Assembly (NCBI GenBank): GCA_051007495.1
Contig: JBPCSC010000216.1
Location: forward strand, 1 to 57,971
Direction: 5' to 3'
DNA from: Methylococcaceae bacterium
GTDB taxonomy: Bacteria > Pseudomonadota > Gammaproteobacteria > Methylococcales > Methylococcaceae
Length of the DNA: 57,971 nucleotides
Shown: piece after piece, positions 1-13,279 of the stretch
Position numbering within the stretch: position 1 is the stretch's first letter
Layout: every line of letters starts with the position of its first letter
The notes under the pieces: model-generated
Told to the model about the DNA's origin: nothing
The model's input: only the letters and a program-made list of their open reading frames with translations
The model's database searches: none
Program-made: the position numbers and the translations under genes

Positions 1-1
1 G

Positions 2-1706
<1,705 letters not shown>

Positions 1707-1710
<4 letters not shown>

Positions 1711-3086
1711 ACGCGCTGCAACGATTATCCGATTGGGCGCGTGTAACGGGCGGTGAGTGGCAGGGAGACGACATTTGCCTATCTAGCCTCTCCATAGACA
1801 CCCGTAAACTGGAACCCGGCCAAGCGTATCTCGCAATAAGGGGTGAGCGATTCGATGGCAATGATTTTGTCGCCGAGGCGGAGCGTTGCGGGGCTTCAGC
1901 ACTGATCGTCGAACGCTGGGTGGATAGCGGGCTACCGCAAGTTAAGGTGGCAGATGGGCGGCTGGCCTTGGGGTATCTGGCTAAGGAGTGGCGAACCGCG
2001 TGGGGTGGGATTGTGATCGGGATTACCGGCAGCAACGGCAAAACCACAGTCAAGGAATTGGTGGCCGCACTGTTGGCTGAATCTGGTGCGGTCTGGAAAA
2101 CCCAGGGCAATTTCAATAACGACATCGGTGTACCGCTGACCCTGCTGCAATTGCGCGAAGCTCACCGCTACGCCGCCATTGAGATGGGAGCCAATCACCC
2201 CGGTGAAATCGATTATGTGGCTCAACTGGCCATGCCCAATGTAGCCATCATCTCAAACGCAGGACCGGCCCATCTTGAGGGCTTCGGTTCAGTTGAAGGC
2301 GTAGCTAAGGCCAAAGGCGAATTACTTGATGCCCTGCCCGCTGACGGAATAGCTCTGCTGAACGTCGACGATCCGTTTCACGATCAGTGGCGTGAACGGG
2401 CCGGTTCGCGGCGCGTGTTACGGTTCGGCTTTTCTGACAAAGCCGAAGTACGCGCTCATTCGGACTCCGTTGTCACAGGGTTTCAGGATGGCCGCTTTCA
2501 TACCCGCTTTACTGCCGATGTGGATGGGCGTCATCTGGACATCCATCTCCCATTGTGTGGTCGGCACAACGTGCGTAATGCCTTGGCCGCTCTGGCGGTA
2601 GGCCATGTATTGGGACTGGATGACAGAGCCTTGATGTCCGGAATGATGAACATCGCCCGGGTAAGCGGTCGGTTTCAACCACTCAAAGGCCAGCGCAATA
2701 TGTTGTTGATAGACGACACGTACAACGCCAATCCAGCTTCTGTGGAAGCGGCTCTTGCCGTGTTAGCCGACTGGCCGGGCGAGGCCTGGATGGCTCTGGG
2801 TAGCCTGGGGGAATTGGGCGACACCAGCCCGGCTTTGCACGCAGCATTGGGCCACAAGGTTCGTGCAGCCGGTGTGACCCGCTTACTGGCCACAGGCCCA
2901 GATGTAGAACACACGCTGACCGCTTTCGGAGCGGGGGCCAGGTATTGCAGCAATCAGGCTGACATGATCGAACACATATTGAATGAACCCGTTGCCCCCG
3001 CCATCTTGTTGATTAAAGGCTCACGCAGCCAGCAGATGGAGCGGGTCGTAGCCGCCTTACGCGAGCAGGACACCCCATGCTATTGA
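1707..3086 (+). CDS. murF: UDP-N-acetylmuramoyl-tripeptide--D-alanyl-D-alanine ligase
   Basis: ORF with [15 protein letters not shown]-loop and DDTYNANP motif. I prefer the ATG at 1707 (ATGA overlap with the murE stop, MNALQRL...) over the track start at 1689. Confidence 0.92.
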
Positions 3087-4159
3087 TTCTGGCTGAGTTT
3101 CTCGGCAAATACCTTGACGTTTTTCGGGTATTTCATTACCTCACCTTCAGGGGCATTTTGAGCGTACTGACCGCTCTGGTCATTTCCTTGCTGATCGGCC
3201 CAGTCATGATTCGCAAGCTGAGTTCCTACAAAATCGGCCAGAATATCCGCAGTGACGGGCCGCAAAGTCATTTGTCCAAAGCAGGAACCCCCACTATGGG
3301 TGGAGCGTTAATTCTGGTGTCCATTAGCATTACCACCTTGCTTTGGGCTGATCTGACTAACCGCTATGTGTGGACTACCTTGTTGGTTACGCTGGCGTTT
3401 GGGGCGGTGGGATTTGTAGATGACTATAAAAAACTGATACTCAAAAACAGCAAGGGTTTGGCAGCCCGTCACAAATATCTATGGCAATCAATCTTTGGTG
3501 CCGGTGCCGCCTTGTTCCTGTTTTTTACCGCCAGCGTCCCGGCTGAAACCCAGTTTATCGTGCCGTTCTTCAAACAGATTGTGCTGAACATGGGCTGGCT
3601 ATATCCGATCATGGCCTATTTCGTGATCGTAGGCACCAGTAATGCCGTCAATCTGACCGATGGCCTGGATGGTCTGGCCATCATGCCCACTGTGATGGTG
3701 GGAGGTGCTTTAGGCATTTTTGCTTATGCCTCAGGCCATGCCAGCTTTGCCGAGTACCTGGGCATCCCTTATCTACCCAAATCAGGCGAACTGGTCATTT
3801 TCTGTGGGGCTTTGGTCGGTGCCGGTTTGGGCTTTCTCTGGTTCAACACCTATCCCGCTCAAGTATTCATGGGCGATGTCGGCGCACTGGCCCTGGGGGC
3901 TTCTTTAGGGGTTTTGGCCATATTGGTACGCCAGGAAATTGTTTTAGTCATTATGGGAGGGGTGTTCGTGATGGAAACCTTGTCGGTGATGCTGCAAGTT
4001 TTGTCTTTCAAACTCACGGGTAAACGGATATTCCGCATGGCCCCCATACACCATCATTTTGAATTGAAAGGCTGGCCTGAACCCAAGGTCATCGTCAGAT
4101 TCTGGATCATCACCGTTATTCTGGTTCTGTGTGGATTAGCCACCTTGAAACTGAGGTAA
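3077..4159 (+). CDS. mraY: Phospho-N-acetylmuramoyl-pentapeptide transferase
   Basis: 360-aa polytopic membrane protein with [13 protein letters not shown] and HHHFE motifs typical of MraY. Overlaps the murF end by 10 nt. Confidence 0.97.
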   Translation: MLLILAEFLGKYLDVFRVFHYLTFRGILSVLTALVISLLIGPVMIRKLSSYKIGQNIRSDGPQSHLSKAGTPTMGGALILVSISITTLLWADLTNRYVWTTLLVTLAFGAVGFVDDYKKLILKNSKGLAARHKYLWQSIFGAGAALFLFFTASVPAETQFIVPFFKQIVLNMGWLYPIMAYFVIVGTSNAVNLTDGLDGLAIMPTVMVGGALGIFAYASGHASFAEYLGIPYLPKSGELVIFCGALVGAGLGFLWFNTYPAQVFMGDVGALALGASLGVLAILVRQEIVLVIMGGVFVMETLSVMLQVLSFKLTGKRIFRMAPIHHHFELKGWPEPKVIVRFWIITVILVLCGLATLKLR

Positions 4160-4172
4160 ACGAGACGAGCGT

Positions 4173-5549
4173 ATGAGTAACGAGCAATCAATTGCCTCTT
4201 CCCTGGAACGACTGGGGCTGGATATCCACACATCGCGCGTTTTAATTGTGGGATTGGGCAAGACTGGCTTTTCGATAGCCCGGTTTCTGTCGCGGATGGG
4301 AATTTCGTTCGCAGTCACGGATACACGAGAGCGTCCTCCTTTGCTGACCGAACTGAAGGAGAACCTGCCGGATGCAGCAGTTTTTCTAGGTGGTTTCAAC
4401 CGTGCCGCGTTTTCAGCGGCCACTCATATTATTGTGAGTCCGGGAGTGTCGCTGGATATTCCCGAGATACGGCAAGCCAGCCGGATTGGCATTCCAGTAT
4501 TCGGAGATCTGGATTTGTTTGCGTGCAAGGTTCAGGCACCTGTTGTGGCCATCACCGGAGCCAATGGCAAAAGTACCGTAACCACCTTGGTTGGATTGAT
4601 GGCTGAGGCTGATCAAAAAAACGTTCGGGTTGGCGGCAATCTAGGCACACCTATGCTGGATCTACTGGATGACGACGCAGACCTTTATGTGGTGGAGTTG
4701 TCCAGTTTCCAGCTCGAACGTTCGAGCTTGTTCCAGGCTGATGTCGCTACCGTCTTGAACATCAGCCCGGATCACATGGATCGCTATCCTGACGTAAGCG
4801 GCTATGCCGCCGCCAAGCAACGGATCTACGCCGGTTCGGGACTCATGATTTTGAACCGGGATGATCCGATGGTGGCGGCCATGCAGAAACCCGAGCGTAA
4901 TATGCGTTGGTTTGGTTTATTGGAGAAGGATATGGATTACGGCCTGATCACGTATGGTGGCGAGGAATGGATCGCCATTCGCTCGTCCGGCCCACTGCTA
5001 AAAACAAGGGAAATACGCCTGCAAGGCCGCCACAATCTAGCGAATGCACTGGCCGCTGTCGCTTTGGCAGATGCGGCGGGAGTGTCACACTCCGCCATGA
5101 TCCAGGTGCTCAAGCGGTTTCCAGGTCTTGATCACCGGATGCAATGGGTCGCCGAAATTGATCATGTCACCTGGATCAATGATTCCAAGGCCACCAACGT
5201 GGGTGCTTGCCTGGCTGCTTTACAAGGATTGGACAATAAAGCTGTGTTGATTGCGGGTGGAGACAGTAAGGGGGCTGATTTTTCCATTTTGCGTGAGGTG
5301 GTTGCCAGCAAAGTACGCTCCGCTGTGCTGATGGGCAAAGATGCTCCACTGCTCGAACAAGCCATAAGTGATCTGGTGCAAACGGTGCGCGTAGACAACA
5401 TGAAGCAAGCCGTGCGTACCGCCCGGACTCTAGCCCAGCATGGTGATACCGTGCTGCTGGCACCAGCCTGTGCCAGTCTTGATCAATATCGGGATTTCCA
5501 GGAACGAGGGCATTCGTTTGCGGATGAAGTCAGGAGATTGGGCGCATGA
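4173..5549 (+). CDS. murD: UDP-N-acetylmuramoylalanine--D-glutamate ligase
   Basis: 458-aa ORF with a Rossmann-like N-terminus (VGLGKTGFS) and Mur ligase P-loop ITGANGKSTV. dcw order. Confidence 0.95.
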   Translation: MSNEQSIASSLERLGLDIHTSRVLIVGLGKTGFSIARFLSRMGISFAVTDTRERPPLLTELKENLPDAAVFLGGFNRAAFSAATHIIVSPGVSLDIPEIRQASRIGIPVFGDLDLFACKVQAPVVAITGANGKSTVTTLVGLMAEADQKNVRVGGNLGTPMLDLLDDDADLYVVELSSFQLERSSLFQADVATVLNISPDHMDRYPDVSGYAAAKQRIYAGSGLMILNRDDPMVAAMQKPERNMRWFGLLEKDMDYGLITYGGEEWIAIRSSGPLLKTREIRLQGRHNLANALAAVALADAAGVSHSAMIQVLKRFPGLDHRMQWVAEIDHVTWINDSKATNVGACLAALQGLDNKAVLIAGGDSKGADFSILREVVASKVRSAVLMGKDAPLLEQAISDLVQTVRVDNMKQAVRTARTLAQHGDTVLLAPACASLDQYRDFQERGHSFADEVRRLGA

Positions 5550-6751
5550 TAGTTAGAACTCAAACCATACGTGCGAAGGGATTGGTATTGCGTTGGGGCA
5601 GTCATTTCTTTTATCTGGATACCGTATTGCTACTGTCGGCCATGGCTATTTTGTTGCTGGGCTTTGTAATGGTGGCTTCGGCTTCGCTGCATCTGGGCGA
5701 AAAAATGGCCAATGACAGCTTTTATTTTCTCAAGCATCAAGCTGTACACATCGCCATAGGCTGCGCGACAGGACTGGCTGTTGTTCAGGTCAAGCTGGAA
5801 ACCTGGGAAAAATGGTCAGTATGGTTGTTTATCGCTGGGTTGATCATGCTGGTGGTGGTGTTAATTCCAGGTGTAGGCAAAGTCGTCAACGGCAGTTCAC
5901 GCTGGATCAGCGTACTGGGCTTGCGAATTCAGGTATCAGAGGTATTCAAGCTCATCGCCGTGATATTTATGGCCGGTTACATAGAGCGGCAACTTAAGGT
6001 CGTGCGTACCTCGGCTCAAGGGATGATTCGTCCTCTGGGCATGTTGTCGGTAGCGGCTGTTTTGTTACTAAAAGAACCTGACTTCGGAGCCACAGCCGTC
6101 ATTATGACGACTGCACTAGGGATGCTGTTTCTGGCCGGGGCCCGCTTGTGGATTTTCGGTTTGTTGTTGGGTTTGCTGGTGGGCATAGGCGTGACCTTGG
6201 TCATGACCGCCGAATACCGGCTAAAACGAGTACTCAGTTTCGTAGACCCATGGCAGGATCCACTGGATACCGGCTTTCAGTTAACCCAGGCCTTGATTGC
6301 TTTTGGCCGGGGTGAATGGGCCGGCGTGGGCTTGGGTTCCAGTGTACAAAAGCTGTTTTACCTGCCAGAAGCGCACACCGATTTTCTTTTTTCGATTATT
6401 GGTGAAGAACTGGGGTTGCTGGGCACCAGCACTGTAATTCTGCTGTTCATGATCGTGGTTTGGCGTGCCTTTACCATCGGGCAACTGGCCGAGCGGGCCG
6501 GCATTCGCTTTGCTGCCTTTATGGCTTATGGCATAGGCATCTGGTTTGGTCTTCAGTCATTTATCAACATGGGAGTCAACATGGGCCTGTTGCCCACCAA
6601 AGGCCTGACACTTCCCCTCATGAGTTACGGCGGTGGCAGCATGATGGTGATGTGTGCTGCGCTGGCACTGCTGTTTCGTATCCGCAATGAAGCCATACAA
6701 AACCTGGCTGGCCATCCTGCTCGGAGTGGCTTGGTGTGGTCACGGGCATAA
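5546..6751 (+). CDS. ftsW: SEDS-family peptidoglycan glycosyltransferase / lipid II flippase FtsW
   Basis: 401-aa multi-TM protein with the SEDS motif PEAHTDFLFSIIGEELG. ATGA overlap with murD. Lies between murD and murG. Confidence 0.93.
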   Translation: MIVRTQTIRAKGLVLRWGSHFFYLDTVLLLSAMAILLLGFVMVASASLHLGEKMANDSFYFLKHQAVHIAIGCATGLAVVQVKLETWEKWSVWLFIAGLIMLVVVLIPGVGKVVNGSSRWISVLGLRIQVSEVFKLIAVIFMAGYIERQLKVVRTSAQGMIRPLGMLSVAAVLLLKEPDFGATAVIMTTALGMLFLAGARLWIFGLLLGLLVGIGVTLVMTAEYRLKRVLSFVDPWQDPLDTGFQLTQALIAFGRGEWAGVGLGSSVQKLFYLPEAHTDFLFSIIGEELGLLGTSTVILLFMIVVWRAFTIGQLAERAGIRFAAFMAYGIGIWFGLQSFINMGVNMGLLPTKGLTLPLMSYGGGSMMVMCAALALLFRIRNEAIQNLAGHPARSGLVWSRA

Positions 6752-6760
6752 TAGAGAACC

Positions 6761-7840
6761 ATGGAAAAACACACAAAAAAACTGACATTGCTTATCATGG
6801 CGGGGGGAACCGGTGGCCATGTCTATCCGGCTTTGGCCGTAGCAGAGGCCTGGTGTGCAGCCGGTCATGCGGTGGTGTGGATGGGAACACGTTCTGGAAT
6901 AGAAGCCCGGGTTGTGCCTGCTGCCGGGATTCCCATGGAATGGCTGGCGGTTACCGGGATACGCGGCAAGGGGGTGTGGGGCCTGATGAAATCGCCATTT
7001 ATGTTGCTTCGGGCTTTGTGGCAATCTTCAGTAATACTGCGTAAAGTTCGTCCTGATGTGGTACTGGGGATGGGGGGCTTTGTTGCAGGCCCTGGCGGAT
7101 TGATGGCCAGATTTTGGGGTATTCCCCTGGTTCTACATGAACAAAACCGGATACCCGGTACAACCAATCGTTTGTTGTCCGGATTGGCTCAGCGGGTGCT
7201 TGAAGCGTTTCCGGGCAGTTTCGCTCCCAAAGTGGGCGCAATCTGTACCGGAAATCCACTTCGAGCCAACTTATGCGCCCCTAAAAAAGAGCGGCAACGC
7301 GAAGATGAGGACGTGCATCTACTAATTATGGGTGGAAGCCTGGGGGCTATGGCGTTGAACGAACAAGTACCACAAGCCTTATCCCGGCTGGGTTGCTCGA
7401 TCAAAGTTCTGCATCAAAGCGGAACCCAAATGCTCGAACAAACCCGCAACACCTATACGAGTCTGGGGATTCCAGCCACCGTGCAAGCGTTTGTAGACGA
7501 CATGGCTGCTGTTTATGCCTGGGCCGATCTAGTAGTCTGCCGCTCGGGAGCCATGACCATCAGTGAACTGGCGGCGGCCGGGCTTCCTGCCCTACTGATA
7601 CCGTTTCCGTACGCGATAGACGATCATCAAACCGCCAATGCACGTTATTTCAGTGACGCAGGAGCCGCCATACTGCTGGATCAAAAAGATCTTAGCCCTG
7701 AACGTTTGGCCAAAATTGTGGAAAACCTCATACTGAACCGGCACCGTCTGAACCGCATGGGTATTGAGGCACTGACCTTGGCCCGACCACAAGCCACCCA
7801 AGACGTCGTCCATCACTGCTTGCAAGCCGCCCAATCATGA
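6761..7840 (+). CDS. murG: UDP-N-acetylglucosamine--N-acetylmuramyl-(pentapeptide) pyrophosphoryl-undecaprenol GlcNAc transferase
   Basis: 359-aa ORF with N-terminal [14 protein letters not shown] and a C-terminal glycosyltransferase-28 region ([23 protein letters not shown]). Confidence 0.95.
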   Translation: MEKHTKKLTLLIMAGGTGGHVYPALAVAEAWCAAGHAVVWMGTRSGIEARVVPAAGIPMEWLAVTGIRGKGVWGLMKSPFMLLRALWQSSVILRKVRPDVVLGMGGFVAGPGGLMARFWGIPLVLHEQNRIPGTTNRLLSGLAQRVLEAFPGSFAPKVGAICTGNPLRANLCAPKKERQREDEDVHLLIMGGSLGAMALNEQVPQALSRLGCSIKVLHQSGTQMLEQTRNTYTSLGIPATVQAFVDDMAAVYAWADLVVCRSGAMTISELAAAGLPALLIPFPYAIDDHQTANARYFSDAGAAILLDQKDLSPERLAKIVENLILNRHRLNRMGIEALTLARPQATQDVVHHCLQAAQS

Positions 7841-9273
7841 ACACAATCGAACCCAGCCCAGAACGACACGGAATGCACCGCATTCGCCTCATACATTTCG
7901 TGGGGATAGGCGGTTCCGGCATGAGCGGCATCGCCGAGGTATTACTCAATTTAGGTTATCAAGTATCCGGTTCGGACTTGCAGGAAAACAGCAGCATACG
8001 CCGACTGGAACACCTGGGGGCTAAAATCTGGTTTGGACATGCTGCAGAACACATCGCTCAGGCGGAAGTCGTGGTTATTTCCAGTGCGGTGGGAAAAGCC
8101 AATGTCGAGGTTGTGTGCGCCCGCGCCCGTAAAATCCCGGTCATCTCCAGAGCTGAAATGCTGGCCGAATTGATGCGCTTCCGCTTCGGAATCGCCGTGG
8201 CCGGAACCCACGGAAAAACCACAACGACCAGTCTGGCCGCCAGTGTCCTGGCTGAAGCAGGGCTGGATCCCACCTTCGTAATCGGGGGAAGACTCAACAG
8301 TACCGGTACGCACGCACAACTGGGTAAGGGTTCTTATCTGGTCGCTGAAGCCGATGAAAGCGATGCTTCATTCCTGTATTTGCAACCCATGATTGCCATA
8401 GTGACCAACATTGACCGGGATCACATGGAAACCTACAGTGGAGATTTTGGCCGTCTCAAACAAACCTTTATTGAATTTCTCCATCACGTTCCATTTTATG
8501 GATTGGCAGTGCTCTGTGCGGACGACCCCGGAGTACGGGAAATTCTGCCTGAAATCAGCAAGCCGGTGAGAACCTATGGTTATGGAGAAGATGCCGACAT
8601 TCGGGCGGAGGCCGTCCATCAGGAAGGCTTGCGTACCCACTTCAACGTATTGCGCGGGAATGGATCGCCACCCTTGGCCGTCACTTTGAATCTGCCGGGG
8701 AGGCACAATATCCTCAACGCACTGGCTGTTATAGCCGTGGCCGGAGAACTCGGCATCGCCGATAAAACCATTCTGAGTGCGCTGACTTCGTTCAAAGGCA
8801 TAGGCCGCAGGTTTCAGATCAATGGGCATATTTCCTGGAACGGTGGAACAGTCACCTTCGTGGATGATTATGGCCACCACCCCAGGGAAATTGCTGCGAC
8901 ATTGGAATCAGCCCGATCCGCTTGGCCTGATCGGCGGTTGGTGCTGATGTTCCAACCGCATCGTTATACCCGCACTCGCGATTTGTTTGAGGATTTTGTC
9001 CTGGTGCTTTCTACCACCGATGTGCTAATACTGCTGGATGTTTATCCCGCCGGTGAGAAAGTTCTTTTGGGCGCAGACGGACGTTCTTTGGCCAGAGCCA
9101 TACGGGTTAGAGGCCAGATTGATCCAGTATTTGTGGACAAAACAACTGATTTGCCAGAAGTCTTAAGCCGTTTGCTTGAACCCAACGACGTGGTATTAAC
9201 CTTGGGTGCTGGCAGTATTGGACAGGTTGCTCAAGAACTACCGCGCCATTTGGCAGGGATTGGCTCCACCTAA
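7837..9273 (+). CDS. murC: UDP-N-acetylmuramate--L-alanine ligase
   Basis: 478-aa ORF with [17 protein letters not shown] and [10 protein letters not shown] motifs. ATGA overlap with murG. Confidence 0.95.
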   Translation: MNTIEPSPERHGMHRIRLIHFVGIGGSGMSGIAEVLLNLGYQVSGSDLQENSSIRRLEHLGAKIWFGHAAEHIAQAEVVVISSAVGKANVEVVCARARKIPVISRAEMLAELMRFRFGIAVAGTHGKTTTTSLAASVLAEAGLDPTFVIGGRLNSTGTHAQLGKGSYLVAEADESDASFLYLQPMIAIVTNIDRDHMETYSGDFGRLKQTFIEFLHHVPFYGLAVLCADDPGVREILPEISKPVRTYGYGEDADIRAEAVHQEGLRTHFNVLRGNGSPPLAVTLNLPGRHNILNALAVIAVAGELGIADKTILSALTSFKGIGRRFQINGHISWNGGTVTFVDDYGHHPREIAATLESARSAWPDRRLVLMFQPHRYTRTRDLFEDFVLVLSTTDVLILLDVYPAGEKVLLGADGRSLARAIRVRGQIDPVFVDKTTDLPEVLSRLLEPNDVVLTLGAGSIGQVAQELPRHLAGIGST

Positions 9274-9306
9274 GCAGATGGATTGCATTAAATGAATGGC
9301 AAATGA

Positions 9307-10200
9307 ATGAAGTACAATACCACCGGTCTGCGCGGAGAATTACGGTTCAATGAGCCTATGTCCGATCATACCTCCTGGCGTGTGGGTGGCCCGGCCCGAT
9401 ACTTCTACCTGCCTGCCGACAGAGACGACCTAAGCGAATTTTTAAGGAGAGTACCGGAGGTTGAGTCCCTGCATTGGCTGGGTTTGGGCAGTAATCTGCT
9501 GGTGCGGGATGGCGGCATTGAGGGCACAGTACTGTGTACCCGCAAGCGATTAAGGAGGCTGGAACGGGGTGCTGCCAATACGATTGTCGTCGAGGCCGGA
9601 GTGCCTTGTGCCTACGTGGCCCGATTCTGTGCAGAGCAAAATTTAATCGGCGGTGAATTTCTGGCTGGCATTCCGGGAACGATGGGAGGTGCTCTCGCCA
9701 TGAATGCCGGAGCCTTTGGAAGTGAAACCTGGGAGTTAGTCGAGCGGGTAATTACCGTAGACAAAAAGGGAAACACATACAATCGTGATCGCTCCACCTT
9801 TCGAATCGCTTATCGCGAAGTAGAGGGACATTCCGGTGAGTGGTTTCTGGCCTGTGTATTGCTCCTCGAACAAGGCGATGGTCTGGCGGGTCGTCAACGG
9901 ATAAAGTCCATGCTTGCGCGCAGAAGTGCCTCCCAACCCATTAATCTGCCCAGTTGTGGTTCAGTATTTCGTAATCCGGAAGGCGATCACGCCGCTAGAC
10001 TCATAGACGCGGCTGGATTAAAAGGCTACCGGATTGGGGATGCCTGTGTTTCCGAAAAGCACGCCAATTTCATCATCAACACGGGAAAGGCCTCAGCGGC
10101 TGATATTGAAACGCTGATGACACAGGTACAAGAAATAGTCATGCAACGAACTGGACTACTCCTGAAACCAGAAGTCAGGGTTGTAGGACAGGCGAAATAA
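9307..10200 (+). CDS. murB: UDP-N-acetylenolpyruvoylglucosamine reductase
   Basis: 297-aa ORF with MurB-like FAD-binding N-terminus (TSWRVGGPARYFYLP, LGLGSNLLVRD) and C-terminal SCGSVFRNP motif. Confidence 0.93.
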   Translation: MKYNTTGLRGELRFNEPMSDHTSWRVGGPARYFYLPADRDDLSEFLRRVPEVESLHWLGLGSNLLVRDGGIEGTVLCTRKRLRRLERGAANTIVVEAGVPCAYVARFCAEQNLIGGEFLAGIPGTMGGALAMNAGAFGSETWELVERVITVDKKGNTYNRDRSTFRIAYREVEGHSGEWFLACVLLLEQGDGLAGRQRIKSMLARRSASQPINLPSCGSVFRNPEGDHAARLIDAAGLKGYRIGDACVSEKHANFIINTGKASAADIETLMTQVQEIVMQRTGLLLKPEVRVVGQAK

Positions 10201-10212
10201 AGAGAGCATTAA

Positions 10213-11145
10213 ATGGACAAAACCATAACAGACCCCAAACAGTTCGGTCGAGTGGCCGTGATGATGGGGGGTAGCTCGGCAGAGCGAGCCATTTCCCTAA
10301 ACAGTGGGTCTGCCGTACTCCAGGCATTGTTGAGGGTAGGTGTTGAGGCCGTAGCGATGGATACCGCTGATTCGGACTGGATCGACATCCTGCGCGCAGG
10401 TTCGGTTGATCGAGTATTCAATATGCTGCATGGCCCAGGCGGTGAAGACGGAGTGCTGCAAGGTACGCTTGAATCTTTTGGGATTGGCTATACGGGTAGC
10501 GGCGTACTGGCATCGGCTTTGAGTATGGATAAATTACGCACTAAACAGTGCTGGCATGGATTGGGTTTGCCTACCCCGCGCTGGTTCGAGTTACGTTCCG
10601 AACACGATCTAATCGCGTGTGCGGACGCGCTGGGTTTTCCTGTAATCGTTAAGCCCGCCACCGAAGGTTCAAGCATAGGTATCAGCCGCGCCGACGACAT
10701 CTCGGAGCTGGAGCAGGCCTGGCAAGTGGCCAGTCAGCATGAAGGTGCAATTTTTGCCGAAGCCTGGATTGCCGGTTCAGAATATACCGTCGGAATCCTT
10801 AAAAATAAGCCCTTGCCGCTCATCCGACTGGAAACCCCTCGCCGGTTCTACGATTACGAGGCCAAGTATCAGGCCAGCAATACGCAATACCATTGTCCTT
10901 GTGGACTTGATTCCAGCACGGAGCAGCGTGTACAAGATTTGGCCGTAGCCAGTTGTCAGGCCTTGGGTGTTGAAGGCTGGGGGCGGGTAGACATCATGAT
11001 GTCAGAGGAAGGATCACCATGGTTGATTGAAGTCAATACGGTGCCGGGCATGACCGACCACAGCTTGGTTCCTATGGCAGCAAAGGCTTACGGTTTATCC
11101 TTCGAAGAACTCGTCTGGCACATTCTGGAGACCAGCTTCGGATAA
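10213..11145 (+). CDS. ddl: D-alanine--D-alanine ligase
   Basis: 310-aa ATP-grasp protein (VAVMMGGSSAERAISLNSG, EYTVGIL, LIEVNTVPGMT). Lies between murB and ftsQ. Confidence 0.93.
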   Translation: MDKTITDPKQFGRVAVMMGGSSAERAISLNSGSAVLQALLRVGVEAVAMDTADSDWIDILRAGSVDRVFNMLHGPGGEDGVLQGTLESFGIGYTGSGVLASALSMDKLRTKQCWHGLGLPTPRWFELRSEHDLIACADALGFPVIVKPATEGSSIGISRADDISELEQAWQVASQHEGAIFAEAWIAGSEYTVGILKNKPLPLIRLETPRRFYDYEAKYQASNTQYHCPCGLDSSTEQRVQDLAVASCQALGVEGWGRVDIMMSEEGSPWLIEVNTVPGMTDHSLVPMAAKAYGLSFEELVWHILETSFG

Positions 11146-11154
11146 CCCATCAAT

Positions 11155-11952
11155 ATGCAGACCACTAAAAGGAACATACGCCCAGGGAAGCAGCGGGTCT
11201 TATCCTGGTTGCCTGTGTTGTGGGTGATAGTGACATTGTCCGCAGGTATGCTGGTTTACCGTAAGTACAGCGACAACCCGCTTCCGATCCGGTACATCAG
11301 GGTAGAAGGCGCGATGAACCACATAAACCCGAGTGAAATCGCCCAGCACCTGCAACATTTAGTGGGAATGCCCAGTTACAGGTTAGACCTGTCATCAGTA
11401 GAACGGGCCGTCAGACAGAGTGCATGGGTAGATCAGGCCAATGTGGCCAGGTTATGGCCGGATACGATACGGATTCGGATCAGCGAACAAAAACCAATGG
11501 CTATTTGGGGTGATGAGGGCTTTGTCAATAACCGGGGTGAGTTGTTTTATCCGGGCAGCATCCAGACGCATACTCATTTGCCGCGCCTTTATGGCCCATC
11601 CGGGTCGGAAAAACAACTTTTGGCCATGCTCCATGCCTTGAACAAAGCATGGAAATCACGAGGAATAAAAATATCCCGGCTTACACTGAGCGAAAGACAG
11701 GCTTGGTCATTGGTGTTTGATTCCGGTCTCAACGTAATATATGGCAAAAAAGACCCTTCACTGGCAACGATAAAACTGGAGCGTGTATTGCCAGCACTGG
11801 GCGAACAACGATTTGCTGAATTAGCGTCGGTAGATGTGCGTTATGCTAACGGCATGGCATTGGTGTGGAAGCAGGCAAAGGCAGTAGGTTCGTCTATGCC
11901 ATTAGGTCATGAAGCCACCGCGACCTCAATAAAAAAAATGGAAAACCGGTGA
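11155..11952 (+). CDS. ftsQ: Cell division protein FtsQ
   Basis: 265-aa protein with a single N-terminal TM segment (LSWLPVLWVIVTLSAGMLVY) followed by a POTRA-like region (IRYIRVEGAMNHINPSEI). Lies between ddl and ftsA. Confidence 0.85.
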   Translation: MQTTKRNIRPGKQRVLSWLPVLWVIVTLSAGMLVYRKYSDNPLPIRYIRVEGAMNHINPSEIAQHLQHLVGMPSYRLDLSSVERAVRQSAWVDQANVARLWPDTIRIRISEQKPMAIWGDEGFVNNRGELFYPGSIQTHTHLPRLYGPSGSEKQLLAMLHALNKAWKSRGIKISRLTLSERQAWSLVFDSGLNVIYGKKDPSLATIKLERVLPALGEQRFAELASVDVRYANGMALVWKQAKAVGSSMPLGHEATATSIKKMENR

Positions 11953-12014
11953 TTTCCAGCAGTTGTAATCCCTGTCTGCGATAATTCATCTATGAACTTT
12001 CAAAATTAAACACA

Positions 12015-13250
12015 ATGGCCAAAAGAGTGGATCGTAGTCTCATCGTCGGGTTGGATATAGGCACTTCCAAAGTCGCCTGTATAGTAGGTGAACTGAGTGA
12101 TGAAGGTGATATTGAGGTTGTCGGTATTGGTGTGAGTCCTTCCCGTGGGCTACGCAAAGGTGCAGTCGTGAATCTTGAAACCACGGTTCAATCCATACAG
12201 AAAGCCGTTATGGAAGCTGAGCTGATGGCCGGTTGTCGTATCGAATCGGTTTATGCCGGCATCGCCGGTAGCCACATCAAAAGCATGAATTCGCATGGCA
12301 TTGTGGCCATCAAGGATAAAGAAGTCACCCAAAGCGACATTGACCGCGTGATTGATTCGGCTCGTGCCGTAGCCATTCCGGCAGATCAGAAAATTCTCCA
12401 CATCCTCCCGCAGGAATTCGTAATTGATAGCCAGGAAGGTATAAAAGACCCTATTGGTATGTCGGGCATACGGTTGGAAGCCAGAGTACACATCGTTACG
12501 TGTGCCGTCAGCGCATACCAGAATATAGTCAAATGCATCCGCCGTTGCGGTCTGGAAGTGGAAGAGGTCGTTTTGGAGCAGGTGGCCTCCAGCATGGCAG
12601 TACTTACGGAAGATGAAAAAGATCTCGGCGTATGTCTGGTCGACATTGGCGGCGGAACGACCGACCTGGCGGTGTATGCCGGAGGGGCGATTCGGGCGAC
12701 GGACGTGATCCCCATAGCCGGAGACCAAGTCACCAACGATATCGCCATGGCATTAAGAACACCTAAGGATTCGGCGGAGGAAATCAAGAAAGCCCATGCC
12801 TGTGCCCTCACCCAAATGGCTCTTCTGGAAGATACGATTGAAATTGCCAGCACGGGCAACCGACCTCCCAGGCTTATCTCCAGGCAAAATCTGGCTGAAA
12901 TTGTAGGCCCTCGTTACGAAGAATTGCTGTTACTCATACAGGATGAACTGGCCCGTACCCGCTTCGCAGAGCTAATCCCTGCGGGAATGGTGGTTACCGG
13001 TGGCAGTTCCAAGGTACACGGACTGGTGGAACTCGCGGAGGAAATTTTCCACATGCCAGTGCGCATCGGAACGCCCCAGTACATCACCGGATTGGGTGAG
13101 GTCGTTAATAATCCCATTTATTCAACCTGTGTTGGACTGCTTTTATTCGGAAAGCAGCACTTGTCTCAGGGAGTCAGCAATACGTACTCCGGGATGGGTT
13201 TCAAAACAATGTGGGCCAGATTGAAAACCTGGTTCTCCGGTAACTTTTAA
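12015..13250 (+). CDS. ftsA: Cell division protein FtsA
   Basis: 411-aa actin-like ATPase (GLDIGTSKVACIVGE, VDIGGGTTDLAVY) with a C-terminal amphipathic helix (WARLKTWFSGNF). Confidence 0.96.
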   Translation: MAKRVDRSLIVGLDIGTSKVACIVGELSDEGDIEVVGIGVSPSRGLRKGAVVNLETTVQSIQKAVMEAELMAGCRIESVYAGIAGSHIKSMNSHGIVAIKDKEVTQSDIDRVIDSARAVAIPADQKILHILPQEFVIDSQEGIKDPIGMSGIRLEARVHIVTCAVSAYQNIVKCIRRCGLEVEEVVLEQVASSMAVLTEDEKDLGVCLVDIGGGTTDLAVYAGGAIRATDVIPIAGDQVTNDIAMALRTPKDSAEEIKKAHACALTQMALLEDTIEIASTGNRPPRLISRQNLAEIVGPRYEELLLLIQDELARTRFAELIPAGMVVTGGSSKVHGLVELAEEIFHMPVRIGTPQYITGLGEVVNNPIYSTCVGLLLFGKQHLSQGVSNTYSGMGFKTMWARLKTWFSGNF

Positions 13251-13279
13251 TTACAGATCATCAACAATAAGGTCAAAAA